DNA of 64,000 nt from Octopus sinensis. Taxonomy: Eukaryota. The DNA lies in the NCBI RefSeq assembly GCF_006345805.1, contig NC_043003.1:31744001-31808000 (forward strand), read 5' to 3'. How positions within the stretch are numbered: the first letter of the stretch is position 1; every line of letters begins with the position of its first letter. Below, in pieces: positions 1 to 13,240 of the stretch. Position numbers and translations under genes: made by a program. The notes under the pieces were generated by a model. The model did not search any database. It saw only the letters and a program-made list of their open reading frames with translations, and was not told the origin of the DNA.

Positions 1-499
1 CGTGCTTCTGATCTCCAATTTTCAATATTGGCGGATTTTCCAATTATGTCGATAGAATTTTTTCTATCATTATGATTATATTATATGACAGTTTAGAGTT
101 AAACGAATTGATTTCCTGTGAAATTTATTTATAACTTCCTGCTTTACATACATGTTTGACTGAAACCCCCGTAATGTCAAACTTCTTTTATCGAACCAGT
201 ATAGATTCCCAAATTCTATCTCTCCATCCACAGCCTAGAGGCGCATAATATTCTCCTGTTATTTCGATCTTGACTGCATAAGGACCGCATTTCATTTTTA
301 CTGACTAGCTGATATAAAGCTCACCGAAATTTCAAAAGCATTTCTTCAACGTGGTTAGAATATTATGTCCCCAAAAAATCTCTTATTTTATAAATATATA
401 CTATATGAATGTAAGATCCAGGTATCGTCATGCTGGAAGAAAGTAAGCTTCAAGCAATACGTAGTAAATATATAAAAAACATACAGCTTTCAGGATCAA

Positions 500-660
500 T
501 ATTTGTTTATTGAGACGGAAGGTTGTGGATATTTTTCGTATTGAAGAACGATAAACTAATAAGAATAAGTCGTGCCGTCGGTTCATCCGGTAATTTGACG
601 AGGAGGCTGTCCATTTCCTTCTTGAAGGCATCTACGTCAACACGATGTAGGTTTCTTTTT
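500..660 (-). mobile_element. 3' fragment of a CR1/L2-group LINE
   Basis: Minus strand reads [25 protein letters not shown]. This resembles the ORF2 C-terminus of the LINE relic at 55.9-57.1 kb (DLHAVLVDILQKECDLLLKVQEEPT). Confidence 0.5.
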
Positions 661-661
<1 letters not shown>

Positions 662-710
<49 letters not shown>

Positions 711-720
711 TATATGTATT

Positions 721-806
<86 letters not shown>

Positions 807-908
807 TATATATATTCACACATACATATGTTTATACAAATAATGTGGATGTGTAAATTATATTTATAGTCTTCGAAGTATTTATACAGACCCATATACA
901 TACATACA

Positions 909-944
<36 letters not shown>

Positions 945-945
945 T
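662..945. repeat. (TA)n and (TACA)n microsatellites
   Basis: Directly visible: TA run at about 662-810 and TACA run at about 895-945. Confidence 0.95.
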
Positions 946-1029
946 TAATTTAGAGGTAGTATACCCCTACTTCTCACCAAATAAAAATAATATTTGTTTT
1001 TATTTTAAATACCTACTGTTTTATTCCTT

Positions 1030-1124
1030 GGCAACACGTGTTTCATGAGGTACATCCTCGGGTTCCTAAACCACTCCGTGTTTCCCTGGAACGCTTCTCA
1101 AGATGCCACCCTAATCATCAGGCC
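1030..1124 (-). ncRNA. Candidate type I hammerhead ribozyme with long stem II
   Basis: Minus strand: GGC-CTGATGA-[about 70 nt irregular hairpin]-GAAAC-ACGT-GTT-GCC. Stem I is only 3 bp and the cleavage triplet is GUU. Confidence 0.35.
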
Positions 1125-1286
1125 CTTATAACTTTATCAACGTTCAATACAATAAACTATATTGTAAAATTTTAAATCCCATAAATATGTTTAAATTAGG
1201 TATGTTTAGTTTCGCTGGACTCTACCGTACAAGCCATAATTCAGATAACAATTCAATTAAAGACAAAAAGTTACAGAAATAAATAA

Positions 1287-1334
<48 letters not shown>

Positions 1335-1519
1335 TATATATGAATTCATATACATATAGATACACACATGCAATTTTTTAGTAGTCAATTCGTATAACAT
1401 CTTAGAGTTTCTTCTTAAGCCTGTTTTTTTTAGCATGACTTCGTGTATGACACTTAATGCCAACTTTTGACATCATCACTAAGTCTTTCAAACCTATTTA
1501 TATTGCATCTACTTTATAG

Positions 1520-2350
1520 CATCCTTGCTTCTCATGTGTCTCTTGGAAACCACTAGAGTAAGACAGATTGTCCCACTTCTTTCAAAATGATGCGATTATT
1601 TGCAGCTATTGATGTTGTTGCATGTTTCCACTTACAAATTGCTCTTTTCTATGACGCATACTAACTTTCCCCTTTCAAATGAAGCTATACCAACAGCGAT
1701 TGTATTTCACCAGTAAGCTTTATCACTCTTTATGCTAATCTATAGAAATAGTACATTTCTTCAGGTCCATTAAGAGGGATTTTGTGAAGATGTTTCTCTG
1801 TTTCAATTTCGCAGAAAACAGTTGCTTTGAAATCCTACTAATAGTTGTTCAAACAAGACCTCCACTCTACCTTAAAGCATTCCGAACGACGATGAAGTCT
1901 TCAATCCTAGTCATTTGGATTTTTGTAGAACTTCATTATCAGGTGCGTGTGTATGTGTATGTGTGTGTGTGTGCGTGTGTGTATGTGTGTGTCAGAGAGA
2001 GAGAGAGAGAGAGAGTGGGAGCGAGCGAGTGACAACTGAGTGTGTATGTGTTTGTGTGAGAGAGTGAGAGAGTGAGTGTGTGTGCGTGCGTGCTTGCGTG
2101 AGTATATCCAAAAGATGGGTAATATCGTTTCAACGTCTTAACTTGGTGTTTATGGATCATCGAAGTTCTACAGACATACAACAAGGCCGAAGGCATCCTA
2201 CGTTTCTAGAAAAGTATCTTTGTGCTTAGTCTAATCCTGTGTTGCGACCAAAATTTGCTTTCCAGATTTCCAAAAGCTGTCGAAACGTTCTTCATTCTGT
2301 TTAGGGTCATCAAATTTGCATCAGCTGACAGCACACATCCTGGATAAGTA
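1520..2350 (-). mobile_element. RTE-clade LINE, degenerate 3' part, interrupted by a microsatellite at about 1945-2100
   Basis: Minus-strand translation gives GCVLSADANL..STAFGNLESKFWSQHRIRLSTK, then RISKQLFSAKL, IAVGIASFE and a terminal C2H2-like remnant (GTICLTLVVSKRHMRS). These match the RTE ORF C-terminus as I recall it. Confidence 0.7.
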
Positions 2351-4284
2351 AAAACGTTACCATTTTTTATTCTTTATCTCTTACTAATATTTTTGGTTTA
2401 TTTACTAATATTTTTGGTTTTGCTTTTCCAGGTGCAACCTGCAACATATATTTTGTTTTTTTTTTCAAATTCATTTCCCAAAGCTTTGCATAAAATTCTG
2501 TACGCTCGCTAATCTAGTTAGAGATAATAGCTAAATCTATGTCAACCAAGACACTGATTTTGTAAATAAAGAAATGATACATTAGATAATGTATTTCAAC
2601 ATAAAAGGCATGACTGTTCATAGCTCTAGAATTCTTTCTGATTATAAGTTTGCTTCACCAGCACTCGATTGGAGTTATCGAAAAGGAATAACACGGACTG
2701 CCTTAAGCTACTATAATAGATATTTTAATACACCGAAGTGTGTAATATGATTGCCCTACTTTGAGACCCATCTCAGCGCTCGTCACATATTTGAAGTAAC
2801 AATTATTGCGCGATTATCTCTTCACCTCATCTGTTCGGCACAATCAGTTTTCTGCCCGTTGGCAAACATAGAAAGACAATTATAATTCTATAGATCAAAA
2901 TAATTAATTTCGAAACCAATATCAATTCATATAATGTTAAGTAATTGATAATATGATTTAATAATGTCTGTGAAATACGTCATTGATAGAATATGACGTA
3001 CAAATAATTATGATAAAAGGTAATAATGCGCAGATGACAGCAATTAATCACAGTGCTCCCAAAGTTGCAAGTAATGTATTAAAATATGTTCATATCATCC
3101 AATTGTACTTAGGTAGTCGTGTGCAATAAGTTAGCACGCTCAGTTTCATACATCTTTCGATAGAAGAAGAATTAAGAGTCATTCAGTCTACTTGTAAGTT
3201 CGTGACTAAAATTTATTTCACGAGTAAAATTATTTGATGCGATTATTTCATAAATGGGTGATTGTAAAATACTCAAATGTCATTTTTCGGTAAGTATTGT
3301 TCTTTGGTTATGATAAAGCTTCATACTTTCTTTCTTTAGATAAGCGAAATCAACCGGATATCTGATCTGATTTAATGATTATGATATTTCATTTATGAAT
3401 GATCTTGTGCCAGTACCATATTCGTATCTTATAGAAAATTCTTCTCCATTCAATGGACTTCTCGAAACCTTTGCTTATTGTTATGCTAATAAAACATTCA
3501 GAACGTCAATCATTATTTTCATATACTAAATTTAATTACTATATATAGTCACTGTTACGTATTCAAGCCCACTTATATTGAATTTGTCTTTAATTTTTCT
3601 TAATAATAATAAATAATAACGGACACGTAGCGCTGAATTTCTACTCCAATTATGAAAGCTGTCGGACTAAAACCATATCAAATAATTTGACTGTAGATTT
3701 TCCAATCTGAAGATTAAAGGAATCAAAGTTCAATTAGTGAACTTTCAGTCAACTTGTAATATTCCATCTAATCTATAAAGCCCCATTACAATAATGATGT
3801 ATTACGAAATTTAACGAGAGATCAAATACTGATACGGGTTACTATAATACACATCATTTTATTTATTTCACGAAATCGGAATACGTGTTATATTACTCAT
3901 AGTTTAAGAGATCAATTCTCTTGCAATTCACTGTCTTGTAAAATGTTCCAAAAGGGATTGCGATCAACAAATATAAGGAGTCTGTGCATGACATAATGTA
4001 TCGCATTCAGTGTCATGCTATAAATATAAACATGCTATAAATATTCACCCATTCGTCCGGTTACAAAGAATTCTAGATTATGAAATCGAATTACATCCAT
4101 TTGAATGATTTTATAAAAATAATTAAGTTATCCGGTGATTTCGAAAAGTGCTTGGTACCAAATATTTTTTATAACTTTGTTTTGAACAGACCTATATCAT
4201 TAGCACCAACACAAACATAGCATCCATAGATCAATACACAATTATAGATTTCTAACTTAGGTACACATTTTAAAGGAAAGAAAA

Positions 4285-4420
4285 TCGAGTAAATCAATCC
4301 CACGACTTACTTTATCGATCCCAGAGATATGAGAAACATAGCCGATATTGCCGAGATTTTAACTACGAACGTTAATGGCAGAATTAGATACAAGGAACAG
4401 TATCCGAGGCATTACCCATT
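4285..4420 (-). mobile_element. Highly degenerate tRNA-derived SINE
   Basis: ACTTACTTTATCGATCCCAGAGATATGAGAAAC..GATTTTAACTACGAACGT resembles the SINE copies at 40.3 and 54.6 kb. Confidence 0.35.
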
Positions 4421-6483
4421 CTTTCATTCTCTGTGCAACTAATCAATAGAGAGGCAAGTTTAATTATTTGCCAGTCACACGGTTCTATTGAATTTATTTG
4501 CAGTGTGTGTGTTCCTCAATGTGAAGCGGATAATAACACGTCTCACTAGGCAGGAATTACTAACTCGATATATACTGAATGCGCTAATGTAGATCTTTAT
4601 AACCTGCTTAGATACACATTGAGATATACATTATATATAAATTCCTAATCCATAAACTAGAAATCATTAATTCATCTACCGAAACTTCTCACGTACAAAT
4701 TAAAATAATATTGAACCAAATTAAAAATAAGCATGAATCAAATTAAAATAAACACGATATAACTCATTTTGCTTTCTCATTAAAGAATGTCAATGAACCA
4801 TTTTTCGATACCTTTATCTAGGCCTACGTAAAGATGCATTTATCCGACGGATAATGAATAACTGCTTAATTTTGTTTCGCAATAATAGTTGAATAAATAT
4901 CAAAACATGTTTTCTAAATTTATGGAAATCATCTGCATTGAAAACATAAAATTGTTATTCTGGCTGAAATTGAAGTTGCTTCAATGAAATATATTCTTCC
5001 ATCAAAATACCTTGCTATTTTTGTGGGCCTTAGTCAAGCCACATGTTGATTGTAAAAATTTCGCTGAGATTATAGAATGCGAATTGTGGGCATTTGCTTA
5101 AACTCTCGACAAGCAACTAATTACGGCTATGGTTTATCTTAATTTCCTCATGGATGCTTTCGCGCTCTAGACGTGTTGCACAATATTTTTATATTAACAT
5201 TATATGGCGTTTTCTCCTTCAGCAGTAAAGATTACGGCTTTCTCAAGTGCCTTACGAGTGCCAAAGACACAGTTTTGCATGAACACACTCCTCTCAAAAT
5301 ACTACCACCTGTAAACTGTGAACTCATTGAGACTAACAACTAGCATTCATATTTACGCACATTATTATTGGCCTTAGTGAAGAAATATCAAAAAACATTA
5401 ATTTCTAAATGTCGATGTAACTTCGAACTATATTCAAAATATACTCATAAACTATGTTTTATCAAAATACCTACTATTCAATGTAATCCGAAGTTACTTT
5501 TATTTGATCCGTGATTAAATAGTTTCGAATTTATGTCAATTCATTTCGAGGTTATTTAAAAATGCTTTACAATTGTTTAAAAATTTATAGCTGACAAATT
5601 ATTGATCCATTTACACAACACAGCGAGAGGGTCACTATCTGCGTAATACTTAACGATAATTTAGTCAATAAGAATGAGCCTTCTAACAGAAGGAAGAATC
5701 ACTACTTCTCGGTGATTGGTATCAGAATCTCTCCAAATAACTTAATATAAATATGCTTGAATTATTCTTGCAGGAGTTTTATATTATTGCTTTTTTTCTA
5801 CCTTAACCTCGTTAGGGTTTTTTTTTGTTTGACAAGTATGTGCTTGCTACAATATTTTGAGAGAAATTAAAGGCAGTTTCTTGGATATTTTGGTTTATAT
5901 AAGACGCCATTTTTTGTGAAAATGCACAAGCATTTACTATAAGTATACGAGCATACAGAAAGTAAGGAATCAGAGAAAATACTTGCAAAACATTTTGTAA
6001 GAAGTCCGAGTCAATCCCCCTATACATTACTTTCTACTGGTACTTTATTTTACGAAACCCAGATGAATGAAAGACAAAGTTCACCATCACAGTATCTGAA
6101 CTTAAAATTGCTAAGAGGCAAATCATTATGGCTGCGAGCTATTCCCTCTGACTTTTAACGACTCTATCAAGTCGTTTCATAGAATTTATACACATTTTTT
6201 CTTTAAACGAAGTTACAACTTGACATCCACACTAAAATTACATACAATATCTCGCCCGTGAGTAAACCTGTATAAGTGTGGCCTTTTAGAAAGTGTGGCC
6301 AAAGGAGATGCTACTGATGTAAAAATGAAGGTATCCTGCAGATAGTTAAATTATTTGCATTAACGTATGAAGAAACGATGAAATTATTACAGGTGACATA
6401 TTTTGCTCGCACATTCAGGTGATCAAAATATAGCAAGAACAAAAGTTAAGAGTACTTATATCTGCTCCTGACTACGACCGGAT

Positions 6484-7008
6484 TTAAATATTTGGGTGAG
6501 GATACTTCAATTTTCGTGGGCCCATCATTCACAAGAATTAAAATTTTGGAAAACCATTAAATTTTAATGTCAAAACCCCTCTATTCCATGTAATTAAATT
6601 TAATGGGTTAGCAGAGAAAGGTTAAATAATTGAACTGAAAATGTCGCTCAATAGATACACTTTTCAAAATTCAAATTTCGTTTTTCCCATATCCACTTGT
6701 GGTGTTTTACTTTTCTATCAATATGGAATTAGAATGAAAGTGGGAAGAGGAGATATGATTTTTTTAAAAAGTGAGTTACAAATATTTCAGAATAAAATGA
6801 CGGAAAATTATGAAAAAGAAAAACAATCATTTCAGTGGTTGTTGCTGTTCCAAAGGCATGGTGAGTGTCTCTGTATGTGTGAGTATCTTTGTATGTGTGA
6901 TTTAAACATTTGGGTGAGGATACTTCAATTTTTGTGGGCCCCTCATTCACAAGAATTAAAAGTTTGGAAAACCATCAAATTTAAATTCCATGTAATTAAA
7001 TTTAATGT
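6484..7008 (+). repeat. Dispersed direct repeat of about 110 bp (6484-6605 and 6901-7008)
   Basis: Both copies contain TTTGGGTGAGGATACTTCAATTTT(C/T)GTGGGCCC(A/C)TCATTCACAAGAATTAAAA(T/G)TTTGGAAAACCAT and TTCCATGTAATTAAATTTAATG. Confidence 0.85.
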
Positions 7009-8171
7009 GGAGATATCAACATTAAAAGTCAGGGATTTAATAAATTCTTCTTTTATTGTTTTGCAATACGTGGGGAAAATGGGGAAATCCCGTCAAAAGC
7101 AGGAAAATTCAAACAGCTATTTCAAAATCTGCTTTTCCAGTTTCCATTAGGAGTAGGCGGGTCAAAATGACTAATATTTATTGCATTTTTGACTTTGAAG
7201 AAAAAAGGTTTTTTACAAATGTTCACTACCTTGCCAAAACTATATCGGGCTAAGCAAGTTAAAAATATAATGAGTAAGACAAAATTAGGTAAATTTGTCC
7301 CTTCAATTTTCCAGAATTACATTTGAAAAAAAATCATACACCTATACATCCATCCTTAGAGTAGACAGATCAGAAATGCAACAAAAACTAAAATAGAAAG
7401 AGGATCATAGAAAAATATCACATGATATGAAATTAACCAAACTCGAGTAACTCTAAAAATTCAGCATAAAATATTTTCTATCGCTTCTTCACCAGCTGCT
7501 GGAGTGGCTCCCTTCTTGATATATTTTTGCACCATGCAGTTAAAGAGAAGAAATTATTAAAATTAGTCATTACTCATTTTGCTCCAAATTAGACATTTTT
7601 GTTTTTAAACTTCAGGATTATCTAATTAGAAATCATTGTGGAAAAAATTTGATGTGGAATACAACAGAGAAAAGAATATTGATGGTTAAACAGTATAAAA
7701 TCCTCATATATTTTATTACTTAACCTAATTAAAATCAAGTCAAAGTTGAGGAAAAATTTCTAGAAAAAATGTACCTGTCGTGTATGTTTCAAATTTTCGC
7801 AATTTCAAGAATAACTACATAAAATATTTGCAATATTACAAAATAGGAATACAATACCTGCAATGTCATGTTTGAAAACTGGTAGGGAGAAAATAATAAG
7901 AAATCAGGAGTTACTCATCTTGCTCCAATGGCCAATTTTTCCCCACTTCCATATAATAATTTCAAGTGTTTGACAGAATGACTTAAAATAGAAGAACAAT
8001 AAAAAAGAAAAAAAATGGTTTGATTTAATGAAAAACATTTGAGCATATATACAATAATTCTAAATCAGAAAAAAATGCATCTAGCTGTTTAAGAGATGTA
8101 ATATTGTTTAATGACTTGATTCATAAAAAAGACCAGTTTTCAAAACCCCATTGAAATAATTAAGTTTAGAA

Positions 8172-8175
<4 letters not shown>

Positions 8176-8263
<88 letters not shown>

Positions 8264-8330
8264 TGTATGTATGTATGTATGTATGTATGCGTGTGTGCGT
8301 GTGTGTATGTGTGTGTGCGTGTCTTTCTCC
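8176..8330. repeat. Compound (TA)n-(TATG)n-(TG)n microsatellite
   Basis: Directly visible. Confidence 0.95.
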
Positions 8331-10659
8331 GTGTGTCTTTAACTGTAAGTGATCAAGCCAAAGCAATTGCTCAGTCATGCATTAAAAGAAGGAATGTCAC
8401 CTATAGAAAATTTCTATCAATCATATATATTTATACTTACACACGCACATGCACACACAGATACATACATACATTTTCAGGAGTGTTCTGTTGCTTCCCT
8501 TTTCTCTCTCGTTGTTCCAAAAGCAGCAACAATTCCCAAAGGAATTGCAGCTGGTTTGGAACTGGGTAGTTTTTTTAATTGGATTAATTCGTGTCTCTAA
8601 GTTGGCAAATTTTATGGTTATTTATAATAAAAGAAAATCCATTACACTTTTTAGAAGTCAGGATACCTTTGTATATTGAAATAGAATCTCTGCATGCCTG
8701 ATTACTGGGAGGTGAGTGCTCACTTATATTGAGTTCTACATACCCTTCATAGCATGGACCACACCATATCTAGCGAGGAGCCTGAGGCAATTGTCCCGTT
8801 CGCCACCCTATGAATCCAGCCCTACTCCTGACTACAATCATAGGTTCTTTTTGGAGTTCCTAGTCCTAGCCGCAATCCGGTATTCAACCACATTACAATT
8901 TTTATTCCACCTTGAAAACATCTGAAATTGCCTACAGATGGATACAATGTGTATGAATCGACAAGTATTACATGCAGACGGTTTTTTCCTATAATTATTT
9001 TACTTATGTGCGAAATGTTGTCTGTAAACATTAGACACAAAAACATGAAGAAAGAAATTATACGATATATATTTGATTTGTTGCATATAGATTTTAGCAT
9101 AATTTAAGACAGTCTACATAGCTATCAGAGGCACACATACATACATCAGGAAACTAAACAAGTTCATGTTAATGGTTGAACGACCTGATACCAATAGCAG
9201 CGAAGTCGTTTTCAGATCACAATTTACTACCTAGAAAAGAGATTGTTTGAATATCGTGTTTAGAAATGAACTGCTTGGAAAAGCTAGAGGTTATGGTTTG
9301 AATACTTTTGATCAGAGTTCTCCTCAATAAGAATGATTTGGACTTAAAGAATATCCTCTACGACAACAACCACAGCTACAGCAGAGAGTGGGCTGACAGA
9401 AGGAGAAAAGTGGAGAGGGTACTTACTTGTAATCTCTGTTTCATCAAGCTCAAATCTAATTACTTCAGGTGTGTCGGAAATCAATCGAATCACCCCAATG
9501 ATGTTACTGCTATTTATCTTAACTAATTCAATAGCGTTAAAAGCTAATGTCTGAAATAAACTAAATACTAGAAGTAGAAAAACGACGAGTTGCTACATCA
9601 GACATCTTCTAGTTGTTAGATTATTATAATGCGCCGGTGTTTATTAATTACTCTAGCTGTAGACAGGCAAGGTGAGGGTTAATCCTTGTCAAAATTACTG
9701 ATATCTCGAACAAATTCATTAGTAATTCCGAACAGGACACGTAGCATTCACTTGTAATGTTACAAGGCGTGGTGAATTAATCAATAAGCATTAATTGAAT
9801 CCTTTTCAAATATAGGAATGGTTAAAATCAATTAGAATAATGACAGGAAATAACAGAAATGTTCATTTATTAATGTTTATGGTTAAACTCACAGAATGCC
9901 ATTGGTGTATGGGTAGACTAGAATAATCTAGCAGCAGACAAAATCTACACAGGCACAGACAGACACACACACAAACACATTCATATCCGTAGACATCACC
10001 ACTTTCTTTTAGCCACCTCCTCATGCTCGCCATCATCACCACCGTCATCATCATCGTTATTTTCATTTTCATCATCGTTTTCATCCTACTCTTCGTCGTC
10101 GTCATCATCATACTCATCGTCGTCGTCGTTGTCCGCCTCCTCCTCATCATCCTCCATCAACATCAAATTAACTTCCACACACCCTTCCCACAAACATACA
10201 CAAACGCGCGCGCACGCAGGCACACATACTTATTTAGGTTCTGTATTAACATCTCTGATTGTAGTTCCAAAGAAATATCCTGAAACCTCAGCTTCACTAT
10301 GTATTTGTTCCACGCTTACTCTCCAGATCTTCGTAAATTTGAGATATAGAAGTCATTAAAACGATGTGAGCCTTTCCCTTATTCTTAAATTTAAAAACGG
10401 AAAACGAAACGTTTTCATCGTATAATGTTTGCAAACATAAATTCCTCCCCTTCGTACTGGCTTCTTCAGATGTTGGCGTTTCAACGAAAAAACAAAACCA
10501 CAACGCATGAAATTCCCAAATAGAATTACTGTATGTCAGTGGGGGCTTTATTTCATAAACGATTAAAAAATAGATTGTATATAATTCTACGTAAGTGCGT
10601 ATCCATGTGTGTACGTAAGTAAGTATAGCTTTTATCATTTATCCATAACTTGTTTCAGT

Positions 10660-10835
10660 CTTTAGACAGCGGCCATACAATATGGCACGGCCTTCAGGTG
10701 GCTTAGTCGAAACGAACTGAACCCAGTACTAATTTTAAAGCCTATTCTATTGATCTCTTCTGCCAAACCGCCATCGTCTAGGGACGTAGGTACATCAACA
10801 GTTGTCGTCAAGAGGTGGTGGGAAAGAAACACAGG
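10660..10835 (-). mobile_element. Degenerate SINE fragment
   Basis: GCGGCCAT..TTAGTCGAAACGAACTGAACCCAGTACT..TATTCTATTGATCTCTTCTGCCAAACCGC..GGGGACGT-like order of blocks that I recall from an octopus SINE. A short related piece is at about 42295-42335. Confidence 0.4.
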
Positions 10836-12824
10836 CCATAGGCATAGATACACACACACACACACACACACATTATGAATATGTATATAATATATATGTA
10901 TATATGTATACACATATATATATATTTACCTATACATATATATGTATATGTATGTATACATATATGTATATGTATATTCAATATATATATATAGAGAGAG
11001 AGATGGATGTATAGATAAATGCACAATCGAATCGGGCCGATATACAAATAGATAGATAGATAAGTATATAGATAGACAGACAGGCAGATAGTCAGAGAGA
11101 AAGACAGACAGACAGACATATAGATAGATAAATAGATAGATAGAGAGATAGATAGATAGATAGATAGACCAACAGAGAGATGATGCCGCAGGATTAATCG
11201 TCCAAATATCATTACAATTTCAACACCGTATCACGATATTGCTTAATCTGGCATTGACAGAATGCAAAATACTTAGATGAAGACAGGAGGACACGATTCA
11301 CAAAGCAAGAAGCGAAATTAAGGAAATGCTATGACAGAATATGTAGTTGGCGGGGACTGGGTTTTCAATGGGAATGAGGAAAGATATCACACCGAGCACA
11401 GCAACATATATACCTAAAAATATATATGTCTTTCGATTTGGCATTGAAATTAAGACCCACTGTTGAAAGTAGCGATTGTACGAATGATGATGTTCTCTTT
11501 GGCCCTGAGGTGAATATTACTAGTTTAAATTAGAACTGAAAAAGAACAGACTGGCGAGTACAATTATCAGTTCAAAATAATAATTGGCAAGGAAACCACC
11601 AAGTGAAAGCCTTGTGGAAGAGAACAGTGTATAAGAGTAGCAAGGCTTCAAAGAAAGAGGGACACAACGGGTGATATCAGAAATATTCAAAATAGTGAAG
11701 AAGGATAGATAGACAGATATAAAGATTTATAGATTAGTAGATAGATAAAGATGTAGATAAATAGACAGAAAGACAAATGGTCGCACGATAAAGCAACATT
11801 GGTGCACAAAACGTGCTCGATGATTTACAATAGATGATATTCAAAAAAGTTCATATACAGGGACATCGAAAAAGAGAAAACGTATAAACAAACACAAATG
11901 TTCTTTAGATCATCAGTTGTCGAGCGAATATATACAGACCTTTCGACAATATGGTTCAGTTTGGTACTACCATAAATTATGGTATAGTATGGAATACGAT
12001 AGATGTCAAAAACGGTGGAAGAAAAAAATCTGAAAACCGAACTGTAAATATAGTCATTTAAGGAAGAAAACAGAAAAGATAATAAACAGAGGAATATATG
12101 TACTGAGAAATAGTTTCGACTTGTCGACGTAATAAAGACAAACTGAGATAAGTAACACTTAGATGATGGTACATTATTTTGGCTACAAGAAAACAGTGCA
12201 AAAGTTTCAGAGTTTACACAAGAAAGTCACCGACCAGATCAACGGCATTAAAGAAAAGAGAATGAGTTGTATGAAAAATATTATAATGGTAGAATTCAAT
12301 GTATGATTCTATATGAAAACTGTCACGTACTGAATTGAAAGGTGACTCATTTGTGCAAGGAAAACTAAGGCAATTTAGGATATTTGCTACGTAGCGTTCA
12401 TCGCTGTGTATTTACGACTGTATGCAGCACCAGCAGAATACTTCGAAGCAAGTGTTAACATTTCGTGTTCAAAAATCGTATATACTTACACACACACACA
12501 CACACACTCATACACGTATATGTATATGTGGATACACACGCAACTACACGCATATACACACGCATACACACAAATACGTATGTGTATATGTGTGTATGTG
12601 TGTGTTTGTGTGTGTCGGTGTGGGTATGAGTGTGTGTGTGTGTGTGTGTTTGAGAGAGAGTGAGTGAGTGTGTTTGCGTTTGTACCGCACGACGTAGGTT
12701 TTCTACGACCCGTAGTATTCTTATGGCAAAATAGACTGCTAAAAGAGGCTTAGAACAAAAGTACTGGCGTTCGATTTGTTCGACTAACACACACAAAAAC
12801 GCATACACGCACACATACACACAC

Positions 12825-12885
<61 letters not shown>

Positions 12886-12886
12886 T

Positions 12887-13240
12887 AAGAGGTGCATTCA
12901 GAAGGTTTGGGACATTTTATGGAAAGACATTTATTAATTTCAAAGAAGTACAAAACTAAATTCTTCAAAGCAGGATCATCTGACTTTAATAGATTTGTTG
13001 TAGAGCTCAAGCCACTTCGCGAAACACCATGGAAATCCTCCAGAATGTAGGTGTTCATCTTCTGAATCTCCTGAAAACGACAGCTCCTGAGTTTCTCCAT
13101 CACTTTGAGGGACAACCAAACATCACATAGAGCAAGGCCTAGACTCTAAGGTTGGTGCGGGACAGTTTTGATACTCATTTCTGTGCAGTAGTTAGTTAAC
13201 AGGATGGAAATGTGAGCCTCTTTATGCCTGATTGCTGAAA
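12887..13240 (-). mobile_element. Mariner transposon 3' fragment
   Basis: Minus strand: KEAHISILLTNYCTEMSIKTVPHQP*SLGLALCDVWLSLKVMEKLRSCRF, a degenerate HPPYSPDLAPCDFWLF. A TIR-like GAGGTGCATTCAGAAGG abuts (TA)n. Confidence 0.75.

Noticed and set aside
6484-7008. Repeat-spacer-repeat layout as a possible CRISPR array
   Set aside because: Only two units of about 110 bp, 300 bp apart, in a eukaryotic context with no cas genes.
8770-8825. GGCAATTGTCCC...ATCCAGCCCT resembling a hAT-type MITE end
   Set aside because: No matching opposite terminus or TSD found.
9863-10359. ORFs with poly-Ile/Val/Thr/Met/Ser runs
   Set aside because: Compound CAT/CGT/CCT trinucleotide tract; no domain content.
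11780-12330. Possible very old LINE RT remnant (HKLWYSM...)
   Set aside because: No diagnostic RT motif recoverable by eye.
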